Notes: generated by a model not told the origin, from the letters alone. Counted from the stretch's first letter, positions 7,883 to 16,626 are shown. The stretch: DNA of 32,000 nucleotides from Aquifex aeolicus VF5 (GCF_000008625.1 NC_000918.1:1140001-1172000); one strand, 5' to 3'. A program made the numbers and translations.

Positions 7883-10059
7883 GCCATCTCGTAGAACATT
7901 TCCAGCTTCTTTGAGTTTACCCCCGCAAGGGAAACGTCCGCATCGGGGTGTCCGTAGAGGGTGCAGAGAGTGACTATTTTTGTATCCGTGTACTTCTTGA
8001 GCATCCTTATGGTGAAGTCCGTTCTGTAGCAGTGTACTCCTATCATGAGGGTAAGGTCGTGCTCGCCGTACAACACGGAAAGGTGAGGATTGGGTGGGTC
8101 CACTTCTCTTGAGAAGTCCACTTTCTTGTTTTTCGGCTTGTAATCGGGTAGTAGGTGGATATTCAGGTTTGGATACTTTTCCTTCAGTCTCTTTATTATC
8201 TCACCTTTCTTTTTAGCCTCTTCGTTCCATGCCCAGAGCACCAGAGGTCCGACGATTAGAGTAGGTCTTTTTGCTTTGCTTAGAAGCTCTACGGCCACTT
8301 GAAGTGCCTCTTCAAAGGATACCTTTTGACCGTTTATGAAGCCTATTTCCGTGGAAGTTTCCCTGACTATGGGAAGCCTGCTCATGTCTTCCTGAGGACC
8401 CGGGGCGACCTTCGGAACTTTGTAGTTTTGTGGGATAAATTCTTTTAGGTTTTCGTTGGGAACAGGTTTTTGGGCACTTTGTCTCTTCTGAACTCTGGAA
8501 GTCTTTTCCTTGAGTGAAAGGAGTTTTTCACTGTCCTCCACGTAAAGGTCAAGTTCCACCTGAAACTCACCGTGGTAAGCTTTTTCCTCCTCTTCAACTC
8601 CGAGGGAGTAGCACGTAACTCCTTCTATATCTAAAAAAACTCCGTTCGCTCCCCACTCCTTCGCCTTTTTGAATATCTCGTACCTCTTTTCGTAGAACTC
8701 GTAACAGCAGTGTCCTATGTAGGTGTAGCCGTTTTCCCCGCACCACTGGAGGACGTCCCTCAGCATCTCAAAGCTCGTAATGGTTATGGGTATCATTCCC
8801 CTCTCGTAAGCCATTCTGTAAAGGTCTCCTACCGTACACCCTCCGCACTCTCCGCAGTCGTCCGTATGCCTGTAATCGCACCACGTGGGCTTTGCACAGT
8901 AGGGAAGGAGCATAACCTTAGCCTTTTTTATGTTCTCCTTCAGCCCTCCTCCTATACTGCCTATTACCCTATTGAGTTTTTTTTTATCAATTCCTAAATC
9001 CTGAGCCTCCAACTTCCTCAAGGGAAACATTACGGCTTCCACAAAATCGTCCACCGTGAGGTTCACGCTTTCAAATTCTCTTTCCTTGAAGAACTCCCTT
9101 ATCCTCTTTTCAACTTCCTGAACGGGAGTATGCTTGAGATAAGCTTCCAAGTCGTATATAAGTCTTTTGGGATTTATGAAGAAATCCCCGTTAATTATCA
9201 CCTGTTGAAGAACCTTAGTTTGGGGGTCCACTTTTGCGGAAACCCTGAAAGTTCCTCCAGGACACCTGTATATACCGTAGAGTATCTCGTCTCCCGTAAT
9301 AGCCTTCTTCACGTGGTAAATCCATTCATCACTCTTGAAGTAGTCTTTCTTTTCTTCAAAGAGTTCCAGCTCTTCCTTTGTTAGTTCTCCCCAGTAAGGT
9401 TCTATACCGAGTTCTTCCTTCAGGGCTTCAAGAATTGCGTTAAATACTTCTTCTTTTTCAGGCAGTCTTCCGATTTCCCTCTTTACCCACGTTATCCTGT
9501 CTTCCGCGGACTTTATCCCCTTGGAAGTTAGCTTCTCAACAGGTATCTGTAAGGATTTAAGCATTCTTTCCAAGTTCACGTCCATGAGGATAGTTCCCTG
9601 GTAGAGGAATGCGTTCCCCTCAAACACTCCACCCGTTCCCGAAATCTTCTTTCCCTCAACTTCTATGTCGTTCCTCGGTCTGAACTGGGCATTTACACCG
9701 AGTTTTCTGAGTGCTTTTGCCACGGTTTCGCATATGGTTCTCGTTATCTTCTCGTAGGATTTATTTCCAAAGCTTTCCCTGTCCGCTATTATTTCCCACC
9801 CTATCTGGAGCTCGTCAAAGTATATAGCTCCTCCTCCCGTAATCCTTCTGTTTACCTCTATTCCTTCTCTCTGAACGTACTCAAGTCTTACCTCTTGTTC
9901 AACAGCTTGGTGATAACCTATCAGGACGCATTCTGGTTTGAACTGTAAAAATCTTATAGTGTTTGGTATTTTCCCTTCGGACTTTAATTCTAAAAGAACG
10001 CTATCAAGTGCCATGTTTTCGTGGGCAGGTCTCTGCCCGGTGTATATTACTCTCCACAT
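7879..10059 (-). CDS. three-part fusion protein: lipoate-protein ligase (LplA N- and C-domains) + DUF116-like Cys-rich domain + unassigned about 165-aa C-terminal domain (726 aa)
   Basis: LplA motifs RRITGGGAIYFD and GKKISGTGG, and the C-terminal-domain signature GGTFRVSAKV...INGDFF (aa 1 to about 340). DUF116-like pattern LLPYCAKPTWCDYRHTDDCGECGGCTVG...GHCCYEFY (about aa 380-500). A Lys/Gln/Pro-rich linker precedes the final domain. The start was moved to the ATG at 10059 (MWRVIYTG, GGAG Shine-Dalgarno 7 nt upstream). The track's extension to 10245 overlaps the divergent gene. Confidence 0.8.
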   Translation of the reverse strand: MWRVIYTGQRPAHENMALDSVLLELKSEGKIPNTIRFLQFKPECVLIGYHQAVEQEVRLEYVQREGIEVNRRITGGGAIYFDELQIGWEIIADRESFGNKSYEKITRTICETVAKALRKLGVNAQFRPRNDIEVEGKKISGTGGVFEGNAFLYQGTILMDVNLERMLKSLQIPVEKLTSKGIKSAEDRITWVKREIGRLPEKEEVFNAILEALKEELGIEPYWGELTKEELELFEEKKDYFKSDEWIYHVKKAITGDEILYGIYRCPGGTFRVSAKVDPQTKVLQQVIINGDFFINPKRLIYDLEAYLKHTPVQEVEKRIREFFKEREFESVNLTVDDFVEAVMFPLRKLEAQDLGIDKKKLNRVIGSIGGGLKENIKKAKVMLLPYCAKPTWCDYRHTDDCGECGGCTVGDLYRMAYERGMIPITITSFEMLRDVLQWCGENGYTYIGHCCYEFYEKRYEIFKKAKEWGANGVFLDIEGVTCYSLGVEEEEKAYHGEFQVELDLYVEDSEKLLSLKEKTSRVQKRQSAQKPVPNENLKEFIPQNYKVPKVAPGPQEDMSRLPIVRETSTEIGFINGQKVSFEEALQVAVELLSKAKRPTLIVGPLVLWAWNEEAKKKGEIIKRLKEKYPNLNIHLLPDYKPKNKKVDFSREVDPPNPHLSVLYGEHDLTLMIGVHCYRTDFTIRMLKKYTDTKIVTLCTLYGHPDADVSLAGVNSKKLEMFYEMA

Positions 10060-10162
10060 ACTTTCACTCCTTAAGAAGTTTTCTTTAAAATCTCTATGAG
10101 ATATACACTCCTTTCTATAAGAAATTTTTATCATAGAATAAGCTATACCTAACCCTAAAATC

Positions 10163-11350
10163 ATGAGTATGGAAAAATTCGAGTTTCCCATAGACCTTGC
10201 CGAGAAATGCGTAAAGTGCGGACTCTGTAAATCGGTGTGCCCCACTTACCCCTTCAAAGAGGAAGAAGGAGCCTTTGCAAGGGGAAGACTCGCCCTTGCG
10301 GAAATGGTTGTAAAAGGCGAACTCCCTTTAACCAAGGAAGTCGTAGCCCAGTGGAATGAGTGTGCAATGTGTAGAAGGTGTGAGTGGATATGTCCAAACG
10401 ACGTTCAGTACAAGGAGATAATGGTTCACGCAAGAGAAATCCAAAGGAAGGAAACGGAAAGGGATTTCATATCGGAGGCCGGATTAAAAAGTCTGGAATT
10501 TATGCAGTCAAAACCAGGAAGAGTTGCGTTAAAAATTGCGGGAATACTTTCTAAACCTCTTCCCAAAGAGATAAAAGTTCCTCTCCCCACGGGAGGAGTT
10601 AAGTTCTTTCCCAAACCCTATGGAAAGCCTTTCGGTATAAGGGGAAAGACTTTTAGAGCCAAGAATGAGAAGATGAAGCTCCTCTTCTTTACGGGATGTA
10701 TGATAGACGTCTTTTACGGAAAGACGGGAGAGAACGTAATAAAGGTTTTGAATAAACTCGGTTATACGGTAATTGTTCCAAAGGACATAAAGTGCTGTGG
10801 TGCACCCCACCTTTACCACGGAAACACGGAGGCTTTTGAGAAGTTAAAGGAACACAACTTAAAGGAAATTGAGAAGTACGAGTACGACGCTCTTGTTGTT
10901 GCGTGCCCAACCTGCGGAGGAGCTCTGAAGGAAGACTACGGAAAGGACTGGAAGGTTTTCAGCTTTACTGAGATAATAGCGAATGAAGACATTGAGTTTA
11001 AAGGAAAAGGTGAGAAAGTTACCGTTCACGTTCCCTGCCACTACTACACTGCCATGAAGTTAAATCCGAACAACTTCTACAAAGCCCTCGGAAAGGTAAA
11101 AAACGCGGAGACGGTTAAAGCGGAAAAGGCTCAGAGTTGTTGCGGATTTGCAGGACTCTTCTCAATAAAGAACCCTGAGCTCTCGGAAGAAATCCAAAGG
11201 GAAAAGATGCTTGACTTTAAAAAGACTGAGGCGGACTACGTAGTTACGGAGTGCCCGGGATGCGTTCTACAACTGAGAGACGGCGTGAAGAAGTTCAAAA
11301 ACCAACAGGAAGTAAAGCACATAGCTGATTACCTGGGTGAGAGGATTTAG
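10163..11350 (+). CDS. Fe-S oxidoreductase of the HdrD/GlcF/GlpC type (two 4Fe-4S ferredoxin motifs + two CCG domains)
   Basis: CVKCGLCKSVCP and CAMCRRCEWICP ferredoxin motifs are followed by two Cys-rich CCG repeats (TGCM...CCGAP...CPTCG and VPCH...CCGFAG...CPGC). Confidence 0.85.
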   Translation: MSMEKFEFPIDLAEKCVKCGLCKSVCPTYPFKEEEGAFARGRLALAEMVVKGELPLTKEVVAQWNECAMCRRCEWICPNDVQYKEIMVHAREIQRKETERDFISEAGLKSLEFMQSKPGRVALKIAGILSKPLPKEIKVPLPTGGVKFFPKPYGKPFGIRGKTFRAKNEKMKLLFFTGCMIDVFYGKTGENVIKVLNKLGYTVIVPKDIKCCGAPHLYHGNTEAFEKLKEHNLKEIEKYEYDALVVACPTCGGALKEDYGKDWKVFSFTEIIANEDIEFKGKGEKVTVHVPCHYYTAMKLNPNNFYKALGKVKNAETVKAEKAQSCCGFAGLFSIKNPELSEEIQREKMLDFKKTEADYVVTECPGCVLQLRDGVKKFKNQQEVKHIADYLGERI

Positions 11351-11364
11351 TAGACTTTTATCAT

Positions 11365-11501
11365 ATGAAGATACTCTTCTACGCACCGAACTTTACACGC
11401 CCTCTGAAAAATGGTACAGCTTCTACAATTTTAGCATCAATGTGGGCTAACTATTTACACCGCAAGGGGAACGAAATTCTCCTTGTTAGTCAATACCCGG
11501 T
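11365..11501 (+). pseudogene. 5' fragment (about 45 codons) of a GT4 glycosyltransferase gene interrupted by an IS element
   Basis: MKILFYAPNFTRPLKNGTASTILASMWANYLHRKGNEILLVSQYPV is a typical GT-B N-terminal beta-alpha unit. The frame continues across the IS once the element and one target-duplication copy are removed. Confidence 0.65.
11493..11501. repeat. left copy of the 9-bp target-site duplication ATACCCGGT
   Basis: An identical 9-mer occurs at 12512-12520, directly flanking the inverted repeats. Confidence 0.75.
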
Positions 11502-12511
11502 GAGCCTGTTGAAAAAATCGTCATGACTTAGAGAATAAAGCGAGAGGAAGCCCATGTAATCCTCAAAAGGTTAAGACACAATAAAAGGAGCTTCAGAAGA
11601 AGGATCAAGTTGTAAAGAACAAACCTCCCTAGAACATACAAACTCGCAATCTCAAAGTCATAAACATTGTCCCTGTCCCCAAACCTGTTCTTAACTATCC
11701 CTATCACCTGCTCAACCCTGTACCTGTTCTTTCTATAAACCTTCCTCCTTATCTCATAATTCCTCTTAGCCCATAGCCTATACATGTTCCTAACTCTTGT
11801 ATGTGCAGTATCCCTCACCGGAACTATAGACTCCATCCGTAGCTTCTTTATTTCCTCTAAAACTCCTGCAGACTTCCCATAGTAGGCATCCCCAAGAAAA
11901 TACCTCGCTCTAAAGCCAAGTTCTTTGAGCATGGATCTTAGCAGCATATTCTCATCTGCATAGGATTTGCCTGTGTTTATATCCACTACTATAGCTTTGT
12001 TTCTTACAACTCCTACAAGAACTTCTGTTTTCACATGAGATTTTACATTCCTAAGTTCCTTTCCCTTCTTCCACTTGAGTTCATATGCCTGTGCATATCC
12101 AAATCCGGTTCCGTCAGCAATAAGGCAGTAAAACTCTTTTGCCTGAAGCTTTTCCATTATCTCCTTTGCGGTCCTGTGTATTAGCTCTTTGAGATAGCCC
12201 CGGTTTAGTTTTCTGAACCTGTAGTGGAGAGTGGTAAAGTCAGGTACTTTGGGGAATAGGTCTTTTAGTCTTTCTTCTAAATCTCGGAGGGAGAGGTTTT
12301 CTAAGATCTTAATCAGTAGTGCTGCTACTATGAGGTGATCTTCGTAAACTCTGGGTCTTCCTCTTTTGTTGTACTGACTTGGTCTAATGGTATTGCATAT
12401 TTCCCTGCTTTTGGTTAATATCAGTTTTATCAATTGCTTGTTATTTCTTGTTCTCATTCCCTTCCTTCTACTTCTTCTCTTCCACTGTGTCAAGATTTTT
12501 TAAACGGGCTT
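11502..12511 (-). mobile_element. IS element, 1010 bp, IS5 family (IS903-like architecture)
   Basis: 18-bp terminal inverted repeats: GAGCCTGTTGAAAAAATC at 11502-11519 versus the reverse complement of 12494-12511, AAGCCCGTTTAAAAAATC (15/18 match). It has a 9-bp direct duplication and a single DDE transposase ORF filling the element. From memory, the IR resembles the IS903 end GGCTTTGTTGAATAAATC. Confidence 0.82.
11528..12493 (-). CDS. DDE transposase (IS4/IS5 superfamily)
   Basis: Candidate catalytic residues lie in IADGTGFG, FLGDAYYG and YRVEQVIGIVKNRFG (the Y..R...E......K-type signature). The track start at 12493 is TTG. An ATG at 12457 (MRTRNNKQ) is an alternative start. Confidence 0.85.
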   Translation of the reverse strand: MTQWKRRSRRKGMRTRNNKQLIKLILTKSREICNTIRPSQYNKRGRPRVYEDHLIVAALLIKILENLSLRDLEERLKDLFPKVPDFTTLHYRFRKLNRGYLKELIHRTAKEIMEKLQAKEFYCLIADGTGFGYAQAYELKWKKGKELRNVKSHVKTEVLVGVVRNKAIVVDINTGKSYADENMLLRSMLKELGFRARYFLGDAYYGKSAGVLEEIKKLRMESIVPVRDTAHTRVRNMYRLWAKRNYEIRRKVYRKNRYRVEQVIGIVKNRFGDRDNVYDFEIASLYVLGRFVLYNLILLLKLLLLCLNLLRITWASSRFIL

Positions 12512-12520
12512 ATACCCGGT
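12512..12520. repeat. right copy of the 9-bp target-site duplication ATACCCGGT
   Basis: Identical to 11493-11501. Confidence 0.75.
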
Positions 12521-12536
12521 AGTTGAAGAAGAAGGA

Positions 12537-13487
12537 TTGATTCACTTTCCTCATATTTCCTTGAAAAGAAATAAATTGAACGGGGACATATTTTATGCAA
12601 AACGTTTAAGTGAAGTTATAAAATCAGAAAAGCCAGATATAGTTTATGCTTTCTTCAGATCTATGAGTACAATTCTTGGTTTATCAACGTTTTTTGGTAA
12701 AGAAACAGGCACTATTTATCTTGGAAGTGTTCATAATACTGATAATTACATTAAATACGGTTCCCTTAAACATATACCTTACAGAGTGATGATTAAGGTT
12801 TTACTGGAAAAACTTGATGGAATTGTATGCGTATCAAACACAGTAAAAAGAGACTTAAAACAAACTTTTTGGATTAAGGACGATAAACTTAAGGTTGTCT
12901 ATAATTTAATTGACATAGATAAAATAAGAAAACAGGCAGACGAGTCAATTAATGTGGACTTTGATTATATAATAGCAGTAGGAAGGTTAGAAGATCAAAA
13001 AGGTTATCCTTATATGCTCAGAGCCTTTAAATTGATTTCCGAAAAATTTAAAGATTTACACTTACTAATAATAGGAGAAGGATCAAAGAAGAATCAAGTT
13101 GAAAAATTGATTGAAGAGTTAGGTTTGAAAAATAAAGTGCACTTACTCGGTTATCAATTAAACCCCTACAAGTACATAAAGAGAGCAAAAGCTTACCTAA
13201 TGACCTCTATTTATGAAGGGTTTGGATTAGTTTTAGTGGAAGCTATGGCGTTAGGTATTCCTGTAATTGCTTTTGATATACCTGCTGTTAGAGAAGTGTT
13301 AAATGATGGTAAAGCAGGAGTTTTAGTACCTTTTGGAGATATAAATGCATTTGCAAAAGGATTGGAAAAATTACTTACAGATAGGAACTTAAGGGAGTAT
13401 TACATAAAGAACGGACTTATTAGGGCAAAGGATTTTGATATAAGTAAACTTGATAAGATTTTTTCAAAAGATTTCTGGGAAAAATAA
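12537..13487 (+). CDS. GT4-family (GT-B fold) glycosyltransferase, 3' portion of the IS-interrupted gene
   Basis: GRLEDQKGY, LLIIGEG and EGFGLVLVEAMALGIPVIA (the E-x7-E motif). The reading frame is open upstream to the target duplication at 12513 (YPVVEEEGLIHF). The track start is a TTG. Visibly more AT-rich than neighbouring genes. Confidence 0.8.
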   Translation: MIHFPHISLKRNKLNGDIFYAKRLSEVIKSEKPDIVYAFFRSMSTILGLSTFFGKETGTIYLGSVHNTDNYIKYGSLKHIPYRVMIKVLLEKLDGIVCVSNTVKRDLKQTFWIKDDKLKVVYNLIDIDKIRKQADESINVDFDYIIAVGRLEDQKGYPYMLRAFKLISEKFKDLHLLIIGEGSKKNQVEKLIEELGLKNKVHLLGYQLNPYKYIKRAKAYLMTSIYEGFGLVLVEAMALGIPVIAFDIPAVREVLNDGKAGVLVPFGDINAFAKGLEKLLTDRNLREYYIKNGLIRAKDFDISKLDKIFSKDFWEK

Positions 13488-13497
13488 CTTTTTCTTT

Positions 13498-13844
13498 TGG
13501 TGGAGGCGGCGGGAATCGAACCCGCGTCCGAGGACGGCGGCCACATCCGAGGCTCTACAGGCTTAGCCCGTGTTCAGGATTTCCCCTCGGGTCGCCCACG
13601 GGCAAGCTCCCCGAGGGTAGCACGGGTTAGGTGTCAGCTACTCAGCCCCGTGCGACCGAGTAGCCCGAGCGGGTGTCTCTGACGCCCTCCGGTAGGCCAC
13701 CCGCAAACCTACCGGGGACGCGCTGCCGTTTAATTAGGCAGCGAGAGCGAGTTCAGCTTCGGGAGCTGTTTTAGCGGCTGTTACGGGAGCCACCCGGCCT
13801 GCTCCTCGGGGACCGCCTGTCCCCGTCGAATCCTTTCCGCCCCC
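13498..13844 (-). ncRNA. ssrA: tmRNA (SsrA), 347 nt, tag reading frame APEAELALAA-stop
   Basis: The 5' end is GGGGGCGGAAAGGATTCGACGGGG and the 3' end is GCGGGTTCGATTCCCGCCGCCTCCACCA. The acceptor stem pairs with a G3:U alanine identity element and a T-arm is present. The tag ORF GCT CCC GAA GCT GAA CTC GCT CTC GCT GCC TAA lies at 13766-13734. Confidence 0.94.
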
Positions 13845-13864
13845 TTACCTTGACGAAATATAAA

Positions 13865-13891
13865 ATTATAACCCAAAAGAAAGGTTGTCAA
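13865..13891 (-). promoter_or_regulatory. putative ssrA promoter: consensus TTGACA and TATAAT hexamers
   Basis: On the minus strand, TTGACA is at 13891-13886 and TATAAT at 13870-13865. The spacer is only 15 nt. The -10 ends 20 nt before the mature 5' end, which is compatible with a processed precursor. Confidence 0.45.
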
Positions 13892-13903
13892 GAGGAGGGA
13901 AAA

Positions 13904-14200
13904 TTAGGGGAGTATGTCTTTTATCTCTATTTCAGTATAGGGCTGTCTATGACCCTTCCACCTTTTGTAGTTTTTCTTAGGTCTGTACTTAAAAACTATT
14001 AATTTTTTTCCTCTGCCGTGAGCCTTTACTTCCGCAATAACCTTTCCTTTATTGAACTCTATGCTTCCGTCGTCTTTCCTAAGCATAAGGGCTTCAAACT
14101 CAACAGTCTGCCCAACTTCGTAAGGGAGCTTTTCTACCTTTAACTTCATTCCCTTTTCAACCTTGTACTGCTTTCCTCCTGTTTTTATTACCGCGTACAT
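13904..14200 (-). CDS. rplU: 50S ribosomal protein L21
   Basis: MYAVIKTGGKQYKV is a classic L21 N-terminus. 98 aa. Confidence 0.92.
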   Translation of the reverse strand: MYAVIKTGGKQYKVEKGMKLKVEKLPYEVGQTVEFEALMLRKDDGSIEFNKGKVIAEVKAHGRGKKLIVFKYRPKKNYKRWKGHRQPYTEIEIKDILP

Positions 14201-14211
14201 CTCTTACCTCC

Positions 14212-14661
14212 TCAGGATATGATTTCCCACTTACCGCCCGCCTTTTCTATCTTTTCCTTCGCGGATTTGGAGAAGGCGTGAGCCTTTATAACGAACTTCT
14301 TTGTAAGCTCACCGTCTCCGAGAATCTTAACCCTGTCCTTTTCGTCGCAGAGTCCCTTGCTTGCAAGAACTTCGGGAGTGATTTCCATTCCATCTTCAAA
14401 GAGCTTATCTATAACGCCGACGTTTACGGGAGTGTACTCCTTGCGAGTGGGGTTCTTAAATCCCCTCTTAGGGATTCTCATATAGAGAGGAGTTTGTCCG
14501 CCTTCAAAGTATGGAGGCATTTTCCTGTCTCCGGAACGGGACTTCTGTCCTTTGTGTCCCCTTCCTGCAGTCTTTCCGTGACCCGAACCTATACCTCTAC
14601 CTACTCTTTTCTTTTCCTTCGTTGCTCCCCAGTGTGGTTGTAGGTCGTGAAGCTCAACCAT
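14212..14661 (-). CDS. rplO: 50S ribosomal protein L15
   Basis: [27 protein letters not shown] is the glycine- and basic-rich L15 signature. Confidence 0.92.
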   Translation of the reverse strand: MVELHDLQPHWGATKEKKRVGRGIGSGHGKTAGRGHKGQKSRSGDRKMPPYFEGGQTPLYMRIPKRGFKNPTRKEYTPVNVGVIDKLFEDGMEITPEVLASKGLCDEKDRVKILGDGELTKKFVIKAHAFSKSAKEKIEKAGGKWEIIS

Positions 14662-14673
14662 TTCTCAACCTCC

Positions 14674-15051
14674 TTAAAGCTCTACTTCTTCTCCTTTCCA
14701 GTTCTTGTACTTTTTGTAGCCTTTCTTCCTCAGGAAGTCCTCAAGATCCGTTATCCTGGAAAAGTAGTAAACGCCTTTTCCGTTAGTGTAAACTCCATTC
14801 TTGTTTATAACCGTGTAATCCGGCTTTTCCGATAAATCCCTTTCTACGGTAGGAATATCACCGGAAAAATCTATTCTGTACGCCACACCAACAAGGTGGA
14901 ACGCCTTCCTTATGTTTCCCCAAACGAGCGGGTTGTCTTCGAGTATCCTCTCCTGTCCTCTTTTTTTAAGACCTAAGGACTTTACCGCCTGGATATGTCT
15001 TTCGCTTTCTCCCGCAAGTCCCCTGAGGAGTTTCACCTTAAGTTTGCTCAT
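14674..15051 (-). CDS. rpmD: 50S ribosomal protein L30 with an about 65-aa C-terminal extension
   Basis: Residues 1 to about 58 ([54 protein letters not shown]) align with L30. It sits between rpsE and rplO as expected. The ORF continues uninterrupted to 125 aa. Confidence 0.8.
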   Translation of the reverse strand: MSKLKVKLLRGLAGESERHIQAVKSLGLKKRGQERILEDNPLVWGNIRKAFHLVGVAYRIDFSGDIPTVERDLSEKPDYTVINKNGVYTNGKGVYYFSRITDLEDFLRKKGYKKYKNWKGEEVEL

Positions 15052-15664
15052 AGATACCCCTCCAAGGGTAGTAGTGCTTTATGTTCATCTTGGGAAGGGC
15101 GTACCTTCTGTACCTTCTCAGGATTTCCTCTACGGGCAGTCCTCTTTCTTCTGCTATCTGCTCGGGAGTCTTTAATTGAAGGAGTGCGTCGAACACCGCC
15201 CTTACGACGTTGTCGGGATTTGTGCTCCCTATTATCTTCGTGAGAACGTCCGTGTACCCTGCGAGTTCAAATACGGGTTTTGCTGCACCACCTGCAACAA
15301 CACCGGTTCCCCTTCTTGCGGGGAGAACGATTATCTTAGTCGCTCCGAAAGTTCCTATAACGTCGTGGGGGACTGTTCCGTCTACTATGGGAACTCTGAT
15401 TACGTTTTTCTTCGCCTTTTCAATACCTTTTGCTATGGCGAGGGTTACTTCTTTCGCTTTACCGTGTCCAAAACCGACGTGTCCCTTTCTGTCTCCTACA
15501 ACCACCAGAGTACTGAAGGAGAACCTCCTTCCACCCTTTGTAACTCTCGCCGTTCTGTTTGCGTATATGAGCCTCTCTTCAAGCTGAAGTTCGGGAAGTA
15601 TTTCTTCTATGTTCTGCTGTTTCCTCCTCTCTTCTATAAGCCTGTCTATGTCTTTACCGCCCAT
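15038..15664 (-). CDS. rpsE: 30S ribosomal protein S5
   Basis: [34 protein letters not shown] and GTGVVAGGA motifs. Modest N- and C-terminal extensions. Overlaps rpmD by 14 nt. Confidence 0.92.
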   Translation of the reverse strand: MGGKDIDRLIEERRKQQNIEEILPELQLEERLIYANRTARVTKGGRRFSFSTLVVVGDRKGHVGFGHGKAKEVTLAIAKGIEKAKKNVIRVPIVDGTVPHDVIGTFGATKIIVLPARRGTGVVAGGAAKPVFELAGYTDVLTKIIGSTNPDNVVRAVFDALLQLKTPEQIAEERGLPVEEILRRYRRYALPKMNIKHYYPWRGIYEQT

Positions 15665-15675
15665 AACAACCTCCT

Positions 15676-16050
15676 TTAGAATTCAAGTCCCATTTCTCTG
15701 CATTTATCCGCAAAAGCCTTTATTTTACCGTGGTACTTAAATCCGCCTCTGTCAAAAACTACTTTTTTTATGCCCTTTTCAAGTGCCCTTCTTGCAATTA
15801 TTTCCGCAACTACTTCCGCGTCCTTTATTGACTTTCCGCCCCTTTTGCCCGTTATCTTTTCAAACTCAGGATCCAAGGTAGAAGCACTCACCAAGGTGTG
15901 TCCTATGGTGTCGTCGATAATCTGGGCATAAAAGTGCTTTAAACTCCTGTACACGCAGAGTCTCGGTCTTTCAGGAGTTCCGAATACTTTTTTCCTTATC
16001 CTCTTGTGCCTTCTTAATCTTTTTTCCCTTCTCGTTTTCAGCCTCGGCAT
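15676..16050 (-). CDS. rplR: 50S ribosomal protein L18
   Basis: Basic N-terminus, then [18 protein letters not shown] and [19 protein letters not shown]. Confidence 0.92.
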   Translation of the reverse strand: MPRLKTRREKRLRRHKRIRKKVFGTPERPRLCVYRSLKHFYAQIIDDTIGHTLVSASTLDPEFEKITGKRGGKSIKDAEVVAEIIARRALEKGIKKVVFDRGGFKYHGKIKAFADKCREMGLEF

Positions 16051-16062
16051 CTAATTACCTCC

Positions 16063-16614
16063 TTACTTCTTACCAACAGCTTTACCGGGTTTGAGTTTGA
16101 GCTGTTCGCCTTTATACCTAATACCTTTACCCTTGTAAGGATCGGGTTTCCTGAAGCTCCTAATCTCCGCTGCGACCTGTCCCACTCTCTGTTTGTCTAT
16201 ACCGTGGATGTGTATCTCGTTTCCTTTAACTTCTATCTTCACATCGGGCGGGATTGGGTATATATCTGGGTGAGATTTTCCGAGGTGAAGTTCTAAAACG
16301 TTTCCCTTGAGCTGTGCCCTGTATCCAAGTCCGTGTATTTCGAGAACTTCCGTAAATCCTTCCGTAACGCCTTTGATCATATTCTTTACGAGGGCTGCCA
16401 TAGTTCCGTGTATAGCCTTGTGGAAGCTCCTGTCGGTGGGACGATCCAGCTTTATCCACCTTTCCTGTTGGTTTACCGTAACCTTTATATCGGGGTGGAC
16501 GTTCAGTTCAAGCTTTCCTTTAGGGCCTTCAACTACGATTTTGTGTTCCTTTTCTACGTAATTCACTTTTACGTTTTCGGGGTACGGAATGGGTTTTTTA
16601 GCCAATCTGGACAT
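16063..16614 (-). CDS. rplF: 50S ribosomal protein L6
   Basis: [27 protein letters not shown] and [11 protein letters not shown]. Confidence 0.92.
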
Positions 16615-16626
16615 TTCTCCTCCTCC

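Noticed and set aside
10060-10162. Short inverted repeats (CTATGA...TCATAG, ATAAGAAATTTTTAT) in the divergent ligase / Fe-S intergenic region as operator sites
   Set aside because: The arms are only 6 bp or imperfect, in AT-rich sequence. They cannot be distinguished from chance without comparative data.
10060-10245. N-terminal 62-codon extension of the 788-aa ORF (MGHTDLQSPH...)
   Set aside because: It overlaps the divergent Fe-S gene start. It has no ligase homology. The LplA domain begins exactly at the internal ATG at 10059, which has a GGAG Shine-Dalgarno.
13497-13682. 61-aa plus-strand ORF (MVEAAGIEPASEDGG...) from the track
   Set aside because: It lies entirely antisense within the GC-rich tmRNA gene. 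It begins in the complement of the tmRNA T-arm and acceptor, which explains the open frame. It is not a gene.
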